Below are positions 34,876 to 46,372 of a stretch of DNA of 64,000 nucleotides, piece by piece. The translations under genes and the position numbers were made by a program. The stretch's first letter is position 1. The number at the start of each line of letters is the position of its first letter. Under the pieces are notes generated by a model, which made no database searches, had not been told where the DNA came from, and saw nothing but the letters and a program-made list of their open reading frames with translations. Source of the stretch: Macrostomum hystrix (taxonomy: Eukaryota > Animalia > Platyhelminthes); contig CATNEN010000010.1 in assembly GCA_950097015.1 (NCBI GenBank), forward strand, positions 2,976,001 to 3,040,000, read 5' to 3'.

Positions 34876-37841
34876 ATGCCAGCAGCAGCAGCAGCAGCAG
34901 GCAGCTGCGCCCTCTCATTGGGCTCCCGCTTTCTTTTCGGCTGCCGGGTGACCGCCGCTCATCGCTTCGCCGCCTCCGGTCTGCTGTCTCAGCCGCCTCA
35001 GCAGCAGCCGTGCCGCCAGGGCCGTCGCTGGCTGAGGCCGGAGTTCCGCGGGGTGTACAAGCCGCGCATGTCGCCGGAGGCCATGCAGGAGTACTGGCGC
35101 CTGTCCGGCATCGGTCCAGATCACAGCCGGGTCAAGCTGGCCGACAAGCAGGCCGAGGTGCCGCCCGAGATCAAGCGACTCTATCAGGACGCCCTGCCGC
35201 CCATTGTTAGCCAGGATTATCGTGATCCCATTGTGGAGTCGCTGCATCGAGCAGAGATGATGCGGCGTAGGCGAGTCATCAACATCCCGGAGTTTCACGT
35301 CGGCTCCATTCTGGCTGTCAGCGTTGCTGATAAGCACGCACCTGGAAAGGTGGGTGTTGCGGGGATCACTGGAATAGTAGTTCACGCGTTTGCCTCTCGT
35401 GCAAAGGTCCCTGAGCTCGATTCCGCAGCGAGGCCACATTCATTTGGGGTGCAGCCGCGGAGAGAAGGCTTGAGGCAACGTATACACTGCCTGACGATGA
35501 GAAAGTCAGGGCAGATGTACACACCTGTGCGAGGGCGTGCCTGCTCAGGAGTCAGCGAATTGGGCAGAATTGCCTGCTCGCTGACTGCGGGTCTAGTGTC
35601 ACCAAATGATGTGCCATTACCCTCAGCCCTCCTGCAATTTTTTTTATTATTAAGTAGGATGTATCGATCAGGATCCCGGTTGGTCTAGGGCTAAGGATCT
35701 CAATGGTATTTTGGGATCATGATCCCTTCGGGTTTCAGCATGATCTCAGTTGGCTTAAAGATCAGGATCCCGATTCATGGTTTAATTGATGCAGAATATG
35801 GTTGGTTTTAGGGATCAGAATCCCGATTGGCTTTAGGGATCAGAACCCCGATTGGTTTTAGGGATCAGAATCCCGATTTTTAAGGATCTGAATCCCGATT
35901 GATTTTAGGGATCAGAACCAGATTGATTTTAGGGATCAGAACCCGGATTGGTTTTAGGGATCAGAATCCGGATTGGTTTTAGGGATCAGAACCCGGATTG
36001 GTTTTAGGGATCAGAATCCCGATTTTTAAGGATCTGAATCCCGATTGATTTTAGGGATCAGAACCAGATTGATTTTAGGGATCAGAACCCGGATTGGTTT
36101 TAGGGATCAGAATCCGGATTGGTTTTAGGGATCAGAACCCGGATTGGTTTTAGGGATCAGAACCCGGATTGGTTTTAGGGATCAGAATCCGGATTGGTTT
36201 TAGGGATCAGAATCCGGATTGGTTTTAGGGATCAGAACCCCGATTGATTTTAGGGATCTGAACCCCGATTGATTTTAGGGATCAGAACCCCGATTGATTT
36301 TAGGGATCTGAATCCCGATTGGTTTAAAGGATCAGGGTCCCACATGGTTTTTTTGTATTAGGAATCAGGATCCATACAACTATTTAAGATCAGAATCCCG
36401 ATGTGTTTATTAAGCACTGTCTCGCCTTGCTTAGGAAGGCCGTTTTATCGTATTGTGAGATCAGTGCGTTCTGCACTGGACATCAATTGGGATCAATGCA
36501 GCTACCGCACCGCCCACTCGCAGGTGAACCGTTTCGTCGGGCTGTGCATCATGCGCCGGCACACCGGCCTGTTCACCACCTTCACCCTGCGCAACCTGGT
36601 GGACCAGGTGTTCGTACAGATCGAATACGAACTCTACAGTCCCAGCATTGTGGCCATACAGCTGCTCAAACTCGAGCGTCGCCTTGACGACAACCTGCTC
36701 TACCTGATGGACGCCCCGGACCATCACTGCACCATCCCCTTCGACATGGTGCCGTTGCCGCACTCGCGACATGAGCCCGTGCCCGTCAACAGAGAGAGGG
36801 TGCGATTGGGAAAAGTGTTCCGCCTCTCGCCGCTCAGATCCCATCTATTCTCCCAGATCCCCATCTATTCTCCCATATCCCCATCTATTCTCCCGGATCC
36901 ACATCTATTCCCCCAGATCCCCATTTATTCCCCAAGATCCCCATCTATTCCCCCAGATCCTTTCTAATCTGACTGATCACCATCTTTTCTCCCAGATCCT
37001 TTCTAATCTGACTGATCACCATCTTTTCTCCCAGATCCTTATCTATTCTCCCAGATCCTTATCTATTCTCCCAGATCCCCGTCTATACTCCCAGATCCCC
37101 ATCTATTCTCCCAGATCCTCATCTATTCCCTCAGATCCCCATCTATTCCCCCAGATCCCCATCTATTCCCCCAGATCTTTTCTAATCTGATTGATCACCA
37201 TCTTTTCTCCCAGATCACTATCTAACCCGTCTGATCACTTCTTTTCTCTTAGATCCTTATCTATTCTCCCAGATCCCCATCTTTTCTCCCAGATCTTTTC
37301 TAATCTGATTGATCACCATCTTTTCTCCCAGATCACTATCTAAACCGTCTGATCACTTCTTTTCTCTTAGATCCTTATCTATTCTCCCAGATCCCAATCT
37401 ATTCTCCCAGATCCCCATCTTTTCTCCCATATCACTATCTAATCCGACTGATCCAATCTATTCTGCCAGAATGTCTTAGATGTTTTCTCCCAGATCCCGT
37501 AGTCAATTCAATCCTTCTGATCTCCTGAACTGCCGCAGGTCCGGCTGAAGCCGCCACCCTGGATGTGCAAGTGGCACCTGCACGGCTACCAGGGCATCGA
37601 CCTGGAGCACATCTACAGCTACCTGGGCGACAAGGATCTGGCCAAGGCCATGGAGCGCTCGAATGCTTACAAGCGCTACGACCTGATGGACCAGTACCTC
37701 AACCGGGTGCCCGTGCCCGACGCTGACTATGCCTTCAAAGACATTTTCATTCGACATCAGGAGCTCCTGATGCATCAACAGCAGCAGCAGCAGCAGTCCA
37801 AGAAGGTGGAAGTAATTAACAAGCTAACCGGGTCCGCATAA
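34876..37841 (+). CDS. MRPL19: Mitochondrial ribosomal protein L19 (bL19m), 350 aa. Exons 34876-35349, 36524-36799, 37539-37841
   Basis: DPIVESLHRAEMMRRRRVINIPEFHVGSILAVSVADKHAPGK, NRFVGLCI, TFTLRNLVD, YELYSPSI and LERRLDDNLLYLMDAP..H.TIPFDM. Arg/Ser/Ala-rich targeting peptide. Exon sum is 1053 nt, in frame. Confidence 0.94.
35352..35645 (+). mobile_element. tRNA-derived SINE family B, copy 2 (near full length), right after the MRPL19 intron 1 donor
   Basis: tRNA-like head ggggatcactggaatagtagttcacgcg...aggtccctgagctcgattcc. Body matches 8251-8498; T/A-rich tail. Confidence 0.65.
35800..36345. repeat. 25-bp tandem repeat (gattggttttagggatcagaacccg) in MRPL19 intron 1
   Basis: About 20 copies with variants. 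Confidence 0.93.
36835..37495. repeat. 20-bp tandem repeat (atctattctcccagatcccc) plus longer ctaatctgactgatcaccatcttttctcccag variants in MRPL19 intron 2
   Basis: About 30 units ending just before the true acceptor at 37538. Confidence 0.93.
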
Positions 37842-38486
37842 GTGATGACTTAAATTCGAAACGACAGTCGATTTAATTGTTGATTTCATTGCTTTTTGGT
37901 CCGGTTTTGTTAGCTGTTGCTCGTACTGTCCAATCCCATGCACCACGTTTCTTGGATACTGTGCTTAAAGTGCCCAATTTGTTAAAAAAGTACATTTAAG
38001 AACAATCTGCCTGGCATTTGAGCTGCTAGCTGACCGCCGTTTGGGCGAGAGGCATTTACTTTAGATCGCCTGATATTGCGATGTCTCAGTGTTTCCAGCT
38101 GTCAGTGTGTCAGTTATGCCAGTGTCTCAGTAATGCCAGTGTGTCAGTAATGCTTGTTGTTAAGTTCAGACAGTGTCAAGAAATCGGTTCTCCGCGCCCG
38201 TGCTTGGGCAATTGTAATGCAATGGAATCTGAAGACCAGAGTCGCTTGCGGGCAGCAGAAACTAACTACCTAAGAGTATGAAACACTTGCCGACATAAAA
38301 GTGCTGCTTATCTGCAATACAGTTTGCGCATTTCCTGCGGTATATTATTTATTGTCAAGGCATTTTGACTCGAAGCAGTGTTTCCAATACAAATACAAAT
38401 ACAAATACAAAGCCTGTCTGAACAATCTCATTGTTCTCATCGCCCTGCAGACAGTTACTGTAAGAGACGGCTCAGCGCGACGGCGG

Positions 38487-40793
38487 TCACTCGTCGCAGC
38501 CGTGCTGCAGCTCGATCACCGTGCCCTGGATGGTCTGCATGCACAGCTGTAGGTCACGTGACAGGGCCTGCAGCGACTGGGCGATGCAGCCAATCAGCTT
38601 TTCCTCGTGGCGCTTCCGCCGACTCGCGGGCTCTCGCTTGGCGCGCCGGCCTCGACTCGGCTCGTCCTGGTCGGGTCGGATCGTCAGGTCGACCAGGTGT
38701 TCGTAGAAGCCGCCGTTGGCGTTCGACTGGTTGCCGTCCATTTGGAGCGCGCCTTTCACTCTGCCATTGTCGACGTCGTGTCGCTGCGGCGAGTCGCCAG
38801 CATCGTCTTCGACGTCGGTGAAGGGCGGACTGCCGAGTTCGCAGGTCACCTCGCAGGTGTGGAAGCGGCACTGCTCGACGCGCGGTGTGCGCGGCTGCTG
38901 GCATCGCTTAATGCTGTCCGGGCTGGATGTGGACGTGGCTGTGGAGGTCGGACCGCCCAGCCTCCACTTCTGGGCCGCCCGGTCCAGCGTTTGCAGCAGG
39001 AGGTCGAAGCTGCCGCCGCCACCGGGGCCTTCACTCCCACAGTCGTGGTCACCGGTCCTGGATTCTGTTTTTATCCATGCACCTTTCGCCGGCTTCGTCA
39101 AGGATTTTTTGTCGGATGTCGCCGAACTGCGCCGGTCATCCTGTCGTTGTCGGCTAGAATTCCGGCTGCTGATGTTGGAGTCTCGGTGAAGGTGTCGCCG
39201 TCTGCGACGCCGAGCTGTCTGCGCTCGCGCCGATCTCTGCGTCCGCATTGTGCTGTTATGGCTGGCGCTGTCCTCTGTGCTGCTCGACCCGTTGAGAACG
39301 GCATTCAGGCTAGGCGACTCGCCAATCAGGGATCGAGCCGTCTCTGATTGGCTGGCCCGTTGCTGAGTGGATGTCCGACTACCCCAAAAGTCGGCGGCGC
39401 CAGTACGGGCTTCCCATGTCTCCGCCTGCTGCCAGTTGCTTTTCGGAGCTTCTAAGATCCGAGCGGCGGAGGACTGCACAGACGGCTCCACTGACACCGC
39501 CGATGCCGACGCTGCAGCTAGGACCGTCGGTGTGCCGCAGCAGCCACCGCGGGGGCAGAAGAAGGCATTCAGACGGCGCCCGACTGTGCGCAAAACTCCC
39601 GCCTGCTCGGCTGCCGCTTCCACCTCAATCAACTGGCTTTGCCTTGGCAGCAGCCACCGCTGCCGCCGTTCGAATCGCTTCTTCAGTCCCTGATGCTTCT
39701 GCCACTGCTGCTCCGCTTTTGCCACTGATTCCCCGCTGGCTAGGAGGGTGACGCCTGGTGGTTGGCCCTGCAGTTTCAGTGGCTGCCACTGAGGCAGCAG
39801 TGCGGCCTCCGAATCTCGGCGCACGGATCCGCTGCTGCGACCCTCTGATTTGCAGCGGCGACGATCCGCTGAAAAGTGCAGCTGCCGAGGCGGCGGCAAC
39901 TCGGGCAATGGAGACGGAAGCGGCTGCGGCTTCTCCTGGGGCTTCTCGATCTCTTCAAAGAAGTCAAGCTCGTCGATCTTGTCTGCCAAGTCTTTGGCCT
40001 CTTCAGTCTGGCTGGCCACGGATTCTGTGAACAGCGGGTCGATCAGGTCAGTCTGGCAAGTCGCTGTGTAGCTTTCGCGACAGCTGAGGCAGTGCGGAGT
40101 CCGCTGCACAATCGGCGGCGGCCGGAGAGGCTGGTCCGGGCCAGAGCAGCGGAAGACGGCGCACATCGGCCGCTCGGCCAGGCCGACCGTGGCGGAGTCC
40201 GGCGCAGGCGGCGGCGGCAGCGGCGCGCACACCTCGGCCTCGGGGTTCTCGGTGGATTCCTTGGCGGCGGCCACCGGCAGGCTGGTGAGGAATGTGCTCT
40301 CGAAGAAATGCCGAGTTCGGTAGCTGGCAACCGACTTTGCATCCTGGGGCTGGGACTGGGGCGGTGGCGGTGGCGGCGCTGGCGGGTGGGCTCCGGACGG
40401 CACGAAGGACCTGCGAGAGCTGCGTCCGGCACGGAGGTGTCCGTGATAAATGGCAGCCCGAACACGGTGGAAATCCCGATCGCTGCCGGTCGCCGTAGCC
40501 TCCTCCTGGTCGCTGCTGTTGAAGGTGATCGTCGGCTCGCGGAGCAGCATGGAAGCGCGGTCCAGTAAGGCGGTGACGCTGTCTTCCGGGTTGGCGGGTC
40601 GCTGCTGTCGGTGGTGCGGGTGCCGCAGTGAGCCGTTGGTCAGCAGCATTTCGCTGTCCGTGTCACCAGCCGCTTCGGTGCTGAACTGCTGAAGCTGGGC
40701 TGGCATATTGCGGTCGGCCTCGTCGCTCGTGCTGAGCTGCAGGTAGAGTCCCGCAGTTGTATCAGAGAGGTCGCCACTGTAACGCGCCCACAT
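38487..40793 (-). CDS. Unknown 768-aa protein, largely low-complexity/disordered, with a C-terminal coiled-coil-like segment
   Basis: One long GC-rich ORF; acceptor-like atcgatccag about 30 nt upstream of the ATG. No family recognised. Confidence 0.6.
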   Translation of the reverse strand: MWARYSGDLSDTTAGLYLQLSTSDEADRNMPAQLQQFSTEAAGDTDSEMLLTNGSLRHPHHRQQRPANPEDSVTALLDRASMLLREPTITFNSSDQEEATATGSDRDFHRVRAAIYHGHLRAGRSSRRSFVPSGAHPPAPPPPPPQSQPQDAKSVASYRTRHFFESTFLTSLPVAAAKESTENPEAEVCAPLPPPPAPDSATVGLAERPMCAVFRCSGPDQPLRPPPIVQRTPHCLSCRESYTATCQTDLIDPLFTESVASQTEEAKDLADKIDELDFFEEIEKPQEKPQPLPSPLPELPPPRQLHFSADRRRCKSEGRSSGSVRRDSEAALLPQWQPLKLQGQPPGVTLLASGESVAKAEQQWQKHQGLKKRFERRQRWLLPRQSQLIEVEAAAEQAGVLRTVGRRLNAFFCPRGGCCGTPTVLAAASASAVSVEPSVQSSAARILEAPKSNWQQAETWEARTGAADFWGSRTSTQQRASQSETARSLIGESPSLNAVLNGSSSTEDSASHNSTMRTQRSARAQTARRRRRRHLHRDSNISSRNSSRQRQDDRRSSATSDKKSLTKPAKGAWIKTESRTGDHDCGSEGPGGGGSFDLLLQTLDRAAQKWRLGGPTSTATSTSSPDSIKRCQQPRTPRVEQCRFHTCEVTCELGSPPFTDVEDDAGDSPQRHDVDNGRVKGALQMDGNQSNANGGFYEHLVDLTIRPDQDEPSRGRRAKREPASRRKRHEEKLIGCIAQSLQALSRDLQLCMQTIQGTVIELQHGCDE

Positions 40794-41378
40794 GGCTCCT
40801 CAGAGCTGAGTATTGCTGCAGCTGGATCGATAAAACTGACTGAGATGGAAGCGTCAAGTTTAAGCAGCAATGCTTCACCGGTTAGCTGCTGCGCGGTCTT
40901 TCGGCCATAGACACGGCCGTGGGGGAAGGAAGGAGGCTAATTTTAGACTGCACTTTAGGCTTTTCTTGTGCACTTGAGCGACCAGGAGGAGGCTTTAGGA
41001 TTTTCAAGGCTCTATCAACTAAATTCAATATTAGTGAGCAAGTGACATCTTTGACATCGTTCCGCTTTTGAGAAGGCACTTGAAAGGTTCTACACGTGTC
41101 TGTAATCTCTTAGTAAAAATGTTTGCACATTTTAAACCAGCGCTATGAGTAGACGAATTTGTACGTGAAGTTAATTTAGTATACATAATTCGCACTTTAA
41201 TTTTCTCATTTTTGTTCAAGAATCGGATTGAGATGAGTTCAAACAACAAATTTGAATTTTAATATTACCGGCACATCAAAGAATCAGACTAGAAGAAAAT
41301 TGGCGGCACGGTCGGATTCGATGCAGCAGTGGTACATAAAGTACATGAGCATTGAGAGGAAATCTGAGCAGAGTGTCT

Positions 41379-43545
41379 TCACGGCCGCGCCCGCTTGGAG
41401 CGCCAGAGGAGCAGGCCGGGCAGGGCCAGCAGGCAGAGCACGGAGGCCGCGTGGCAGGCAGTGTTGGCCAAGTTGCCGAACCTGCAGCACTCCTGGCCCT
41501 GGCAGCCGTTTGTCAGGGTTCCATTGTGCAGCAGAGCGGTGCGCCTGTCGTAAAGCAGGCCCGACTGCACGGTGAGCGGCAGGGCCAGCGCTGTGCCGGT
41601 GAGCAGGATGATTGAGTACAGCCGGCCGAACAGGTGCGGCTGGATGAGCTGGGACAGCAGCACGGGGCCCAGCATAAACTGTGAGGCCACCATCAGGCCG
41701 GACAGGCTGTAGGAGGCCAGGGTGGCGCCCAGCAGAGAGACGCCCGGCTGCGGCAGAGGCAGGGTGATGAGCAGCATGGCGGGCGTGCCGAACACGGCCA
41801 CGCTGAGGCAGATGAGGCCGGCCCGCGCGTGCGGCTCGGCGCTCAGTCTGGGATGAATGTCGAATCGGAGGACAGGGAATCGCTGCGAAAGACTGCAACT
41901 GTACGCTTCGGCTCAATGGTTCAGCGGGGAGCAATAATCACCTGTCTGTTGCGGGGCCGAGGAAGCAGCGCCACAGAATGGAGAGAATGACGGGCAGCCA
42001 GAAATAGGCTACGTCCAGCCGCGTGAAGCCCAGGCTGCGCGTCACGGTGGTGACGTTGAGAAAGACCGCCAGGGACAGGGCCATGGACAGGGCGAAGCCG
42101 ATAAGCAGCAGCAGAAACGGGCCGGACAGGCAGCCGGAGCAGGTGGCGCGCAGGAACCCAACTAATGGCTCATTCTGTCGCGTCGCCGGCTCTTCATCGA
42201 GGTCGCAGTCGTTATCGCTCTCGTCAGGGCTGTGGTTGAACCCTGGAATTAAAATTGCGCTTTCAGAGCAATCGGACTCACCGAAATCACGCGACTGTCG
42301 CGCTAGCGTCACTTGCTAGCGTCACATGTGTAATTTTCCAATGCTGTGTTCAAGGTCAAGTATAGAAAGATAACTAAATGATCACGCAACTGTTGTGTGA
42401 CTAGAAAAATCCGAAAGGTCGAAAAAGAAAACTGCTTAACACAAGAATAGGATTTCGTAAGCTGCGTCCCACCGCTGCACCAAGGACCACAAGGAGCACC
42501 TCGTTAACACTTCTAGCACTTCATACCCTATCGTCCAATTCGGATCCAGGCTAGGTACAGCTGCGAGGCAGTGGGATCGGCGCATGATTCTTCAGCTTGC
42601 CTGATTGGTCAGCCTCCCAGATTGGTCAGCCTCCCTGATTGGTCAGCCTCCCTGATTGGTCAGCCTCCCTGATTGGTCAGCCTCCCCGATTGGTCAGCCT
42701 TCCCGGTTAGTAAGTTCTCTCTATCCGTCGCGGCCCAGCTGTCGCCCTGCCTCGGCGCTCATTAGCAAGAGCGATTACCAACCTATTAGTCTAAAATCAG
42801 AGCCCCAGAGTCTCTTTGCACATGGAAGCAACAAAAATCTATTCAAAATGTCTCGAACCGTCGAATCACCACCCAGAATCGGTGTCCGCTCGCCCATCGG
42901 CAGTTGGTCGTCGCCATTTGCCACTGCAGCCCTCCGCGCCGGGCTGCGAGATGAAAGGGACGGAGAAGCCGTACACAACGGCCGTGAGCACGGTAATTGA
43001 TCGCCTGAGTCCCTACGGCGCTCTGCTCCTCTGGCGGCTTGTTGATGTTGGCCAGCAGCAGATAGTGCACCAGCGCTGTCAGCGGTGCGCCCAGATTGAA
43101 GAAGTTCTCCACCATTGAAGTCACCCGGCCGCACCGGTTCCAGGGGAAGCAGGTCAGAGCTGCCGCCGTGGCTGCCACTTCGGCGTAGTTGAAGGAGTGG
43201 CTGTAGGCGAATAGCAGCAGCCACAGAAGCCACGGCCGGCCGCGCAATGGCTCGGGAAAGGCGAATGCGAGTGTGAGGATCAGCGACAGCACGGTTGAGG
43301 CCACCCCGCCGACGATCACAACGAGGCGACAGCCCCACCGGTCCAGCATGAGGCCGGTGAGCAGGCTGATGACGGTGCCATTGTACAGCATGGACATGGC
43401 CACGTTCAGCTCGCTCCGGTTCAGCCCGAAGGAGGAGCGCATGCAGTTGGCGTAGACAGGCGCTACTCAGCAGGCAGGCGCTGCTCAGCAGCAGCCACTC
43501 GCGCTGCTGCCGATTCGGCCGACCGAAGACTGGGCTGCTCACCAT
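41379..43545 (-). pseudogene. MFS transporter resembling the nodulin-like/MCH1 type, with three apparent frameshifts in exon 1. Exons 43545-42783, 42242-41942, 41847-41379
   Basis: MFS motif A (LTGLMLDRWGCR), FPWNRCGRV, TM7-like FLLLLIGFALSMALSLAVFLNVTTVTRSLG, FGRLYSII, SGLLYDR and the C-terminal C.GQEC. Within exon 1 the hydrophobic segments change frame near 43466, ~43000 and ~42920. Confidence 0.7.
42603..42705. repeat. 17-bp tandem repeat (gattggtcagcctccct) x6 in MFS intron 1
   Basis: Starts at 42603, 42620, 42637, 42654, 42671 and 42688; each unit holds a CCAAT on the - strand. Confidence 0.92.
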
Positions 43546-43554
43546 TGGTGTCTC

Positions 43555-43579
43555 TGCCTGTCTGTGCAGCTGCAGTCAG

Positions 43580-43662
<83 letters not shown>

Positions 43663-43868
43663 ATGTATGTCTGTGCAGCTGCAGTCAGTGTCTGTCTGTC
43701 TGTATGTATGTCTGTGCAGCTGCAGTCAGTGTCTGTCTGTCTGTCTGTATGTATGTCTGTGCAGCTGCAGTCAGTGTCTGTCTGTCTGTCTGTATGTATG
43801 TCTGTGCAGCTGCAGTCAGTGTCTGTCTGTCTGTCTGTATGTATGTCTGTGCAGCTGCAGTCAGTGTC
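43555..43868. repeat. (TCTG)n microsatellite embedded in 40/44-bp repeat units, immediately upstream of the MFS ATG
   Basis: gtgcagctgcagtcagtg(tctg)n tatgtatgtct units. Confidence 0.93.
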
Positions 43869-45224
43869 TTCTTGCACGTGTCCTCCACAATGATGCAACT
43901 CATTATTTGTTCATGAAGCTAAGAGTTTTTAGCTCTAGTTTTCAGCCGGTCTGCCCCAGCTGCACCTCAGTGTACATACTCGACTTGCTGTCTCTGGAGT
44001 CTGTTATTGTGCTCAGCTGAGTACATTAAAAGTTGCTCTAATTGCTCACCTTCCATTAATCTATTCTCAGCTCAATTTTACATTCGTGCCCTTCAGTCTT
44101 GGAGCACAATGAAATATTAGAGTTCACTTTGCCTGGCAAGCTAAGCAATTATTGTCAGGTATGCTTATCCGTCTACTTGAAGAAAAGGATTGAAAATCAT
44201 TTTTTCGATCAAAAGTTTCTTTTCATTAGGAAGCGTAAAAGTACAGAATGTTTAAGTCTGTACTTGATGCGGACTCGTCTCTCCCGTTTCTATACCCAGG
44301 GCTTCATGGTTAAGGTACCATGGGAGTCTCTAATTTGCAGTGCAATAATCCTACTGACAAGTAGGCTATTCGGGACAGAGCAGACGAATTTTAACTTTTA
44401 CAGAGAGGAGAACGTAAACTGAAGGGCGTTCATGGCCACCCGCGCACTTTGGACTAGGAAGGCTGTGTGGGTGTCACCGCTGGGGGAAACGGCTCCCGCC
44501 CCCGCAAATGACGATTAGAATTTCATTGGAGGCTTTCACAAGATAGGAGAAGAGAATCGGCTAATGGAGTTGGGTAACACTTTGATTTCAATAACTCAGA
44601 AAACAATTTGAAATTCAATCGATGGTTTAGTATGGCACGCAACTACACGAACTATTATGAATTTTAGTGGTTACAAAGTAGCGATATTAGTAACGAACGT
44701 GTGTTTTTCGATTCTCAGATAATTGTAACAAATGGACATTATTAGCTTCTTAGATAGAAGCACGATTGTGATTTTTACGTTTCGTTGAGAAAAGTAACGA
44801 ATTTACCATTCGTTTCTTTGATAAAAGTAACGAATTTACCATTCGTTTCTTTGGAAAAAAATATTTTCTTATGTGATTCCTCTAAATTAAAATCCCACAT
44901 TGATTTGCTGATGATCGTATGCACAATAATTAGCGTGAGAAAAGTCCTGTTCTTTTGCCTGATCCATTCTGCATCACACAGGCAATGATGCACTGGCGAG
45001 CAGTCGTGCCAGATATCTGTAATTAGCTCTTTTCTGCCATGCCGTGCCGGGCAGAACACAGATTGGATTGGCCCTAGAGACAGTCTGCTGGGCGACTTCA
45101 TCAGGGGGTGTATCAGTCGGGACGGAAGAAGAGTATGTGAAACCGAAGAGACACGGAGCTTGCTCGTTCCGTGGCCAAGCCGACTGACACTGGCATCTGA
45201 CAGTGAGTACACTATGAGTAGAGA

Positions 45225-46372
45225 GGTGAGTAGAGTGAGGTCAGTAGAGAGTGGGGTGAGAAGAGAGTGGGGTAAGTAGAGAGTGGGGTGAGTAGAGAGT
45301 GGGGTAAGTAGAGAGTGGGGTTAGTAGAGAGTGGGTGAGTAGAGAGTTGGGTGAGTAGAGAGTGGGGTGAGTAGAGAGTGGGGTGAGTAGAGAGTGGGGT
45401 GAGTAGAGAGTGGGTGAGTAGAGATTGGGTGAGTAGAGAGTGGGGTGAGTAGAGAATGGGGTGAGTAGAGAATGGGGTGAGTAGAGAGTGGGGTGAGTAG
45501 AGAATGGGGTGAGTAGAGAGTTAGTTGAGTAGAGAGTGGGGTGAGTAGAGAGTGGGTGAGTAGAGAGTGGGTGAGTAGAGAGTGGGTGAGTAGAGAGTGG
45601 GTGAGTAGAGAGTGGGTGAGTAGAGAGTGGGGTGAGTAGAGAATGGGGTGAGTAGAGAGTTAGTTGAGTAGAGAGTGGGGTGAGTAGAGAGTGGGTGAGT
45701 AGAGAGTGGGTGAGTAGAGAGTGGGGTGAGTAGAGAGTGGGGTGAGTAGAGAGTGGGTGAGTAGAGAGTGGGTAAGTAGAGAGTGGGGTGAGTAGAGAGT
45801 GGGGTGAGTAGAGAGTGGGGTGAGTAGAGAGTGGGTAAGTAGAGAGTGGGGTGAGTAGAGAGTGGGGTGAGTAGAGAGTGGGGTGAGTAGAGAGTGGGTA
45901 AGTAGAGAGTGGGGTGAGTAGAGAGTGGGGTGAGTAGAGAGTGGGGTGAGTAGAGAGTGGGTAAGTAGAGAGTGGGGTGAGTAGAGAGTGGGGTGAGTAG
46001 AGAGTGGGGTGAGTAGAGAGTGGGTAAGTAGAGAGTGGGTGAGTAGAGAGTGGGGTGAGTAGAGAGTGGGGTGAGTAGAGAGTGGGTGAGTAGAGAGTGG
46101 GTAAGTAGAGAGTGGGGTGAGTAGAGAGTGGGGTGAGTAGAGAGTGGGGTGAGTAGAGAGTGGGTAAGTAGAGAGTGGGGTGAGTAGAGAGTGGGGTGAG
46201 TAGAGAGTGGGTAAGTAGAGAGTGGGGTGAGTAGAGAGTGGGTGAGTAGAGAGTGGGGTGAGTAGAGAGTGGGGTGAGTAGAGAGTGGGGTGAGTAGAGA
46301 GTGGGTGAGTAGAGAGTGGGTGAGTAGAGAGTGGGTGAGTAGAGAGTGAATAGAGCGGTGAGTAGAGAGAAA
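45225..46372. repeat. 15/16-bp minisatellite (gagtagagagtggg[g]t)
   Basis: About 72 copies; - strand unit is ctcaccccactctcta. Confidence 0.97.

Noticed and set aside
34804-35688. 294-aa single-exon version of MRPL19
   Set aside because: Homology ends at APGK (35349), where a donor occurs; the rest is SINE sequence, and the conserved NRFVGLCI continues in the exon at 36524.
38378-40692. Multiple + strand ORFs over the 768-aa gene, and similar antisense ORFs over MED14, CAPN7 and GLUT
   Set aside because: Expected stop-poor shadow frames of GC3-rich coding sequence.
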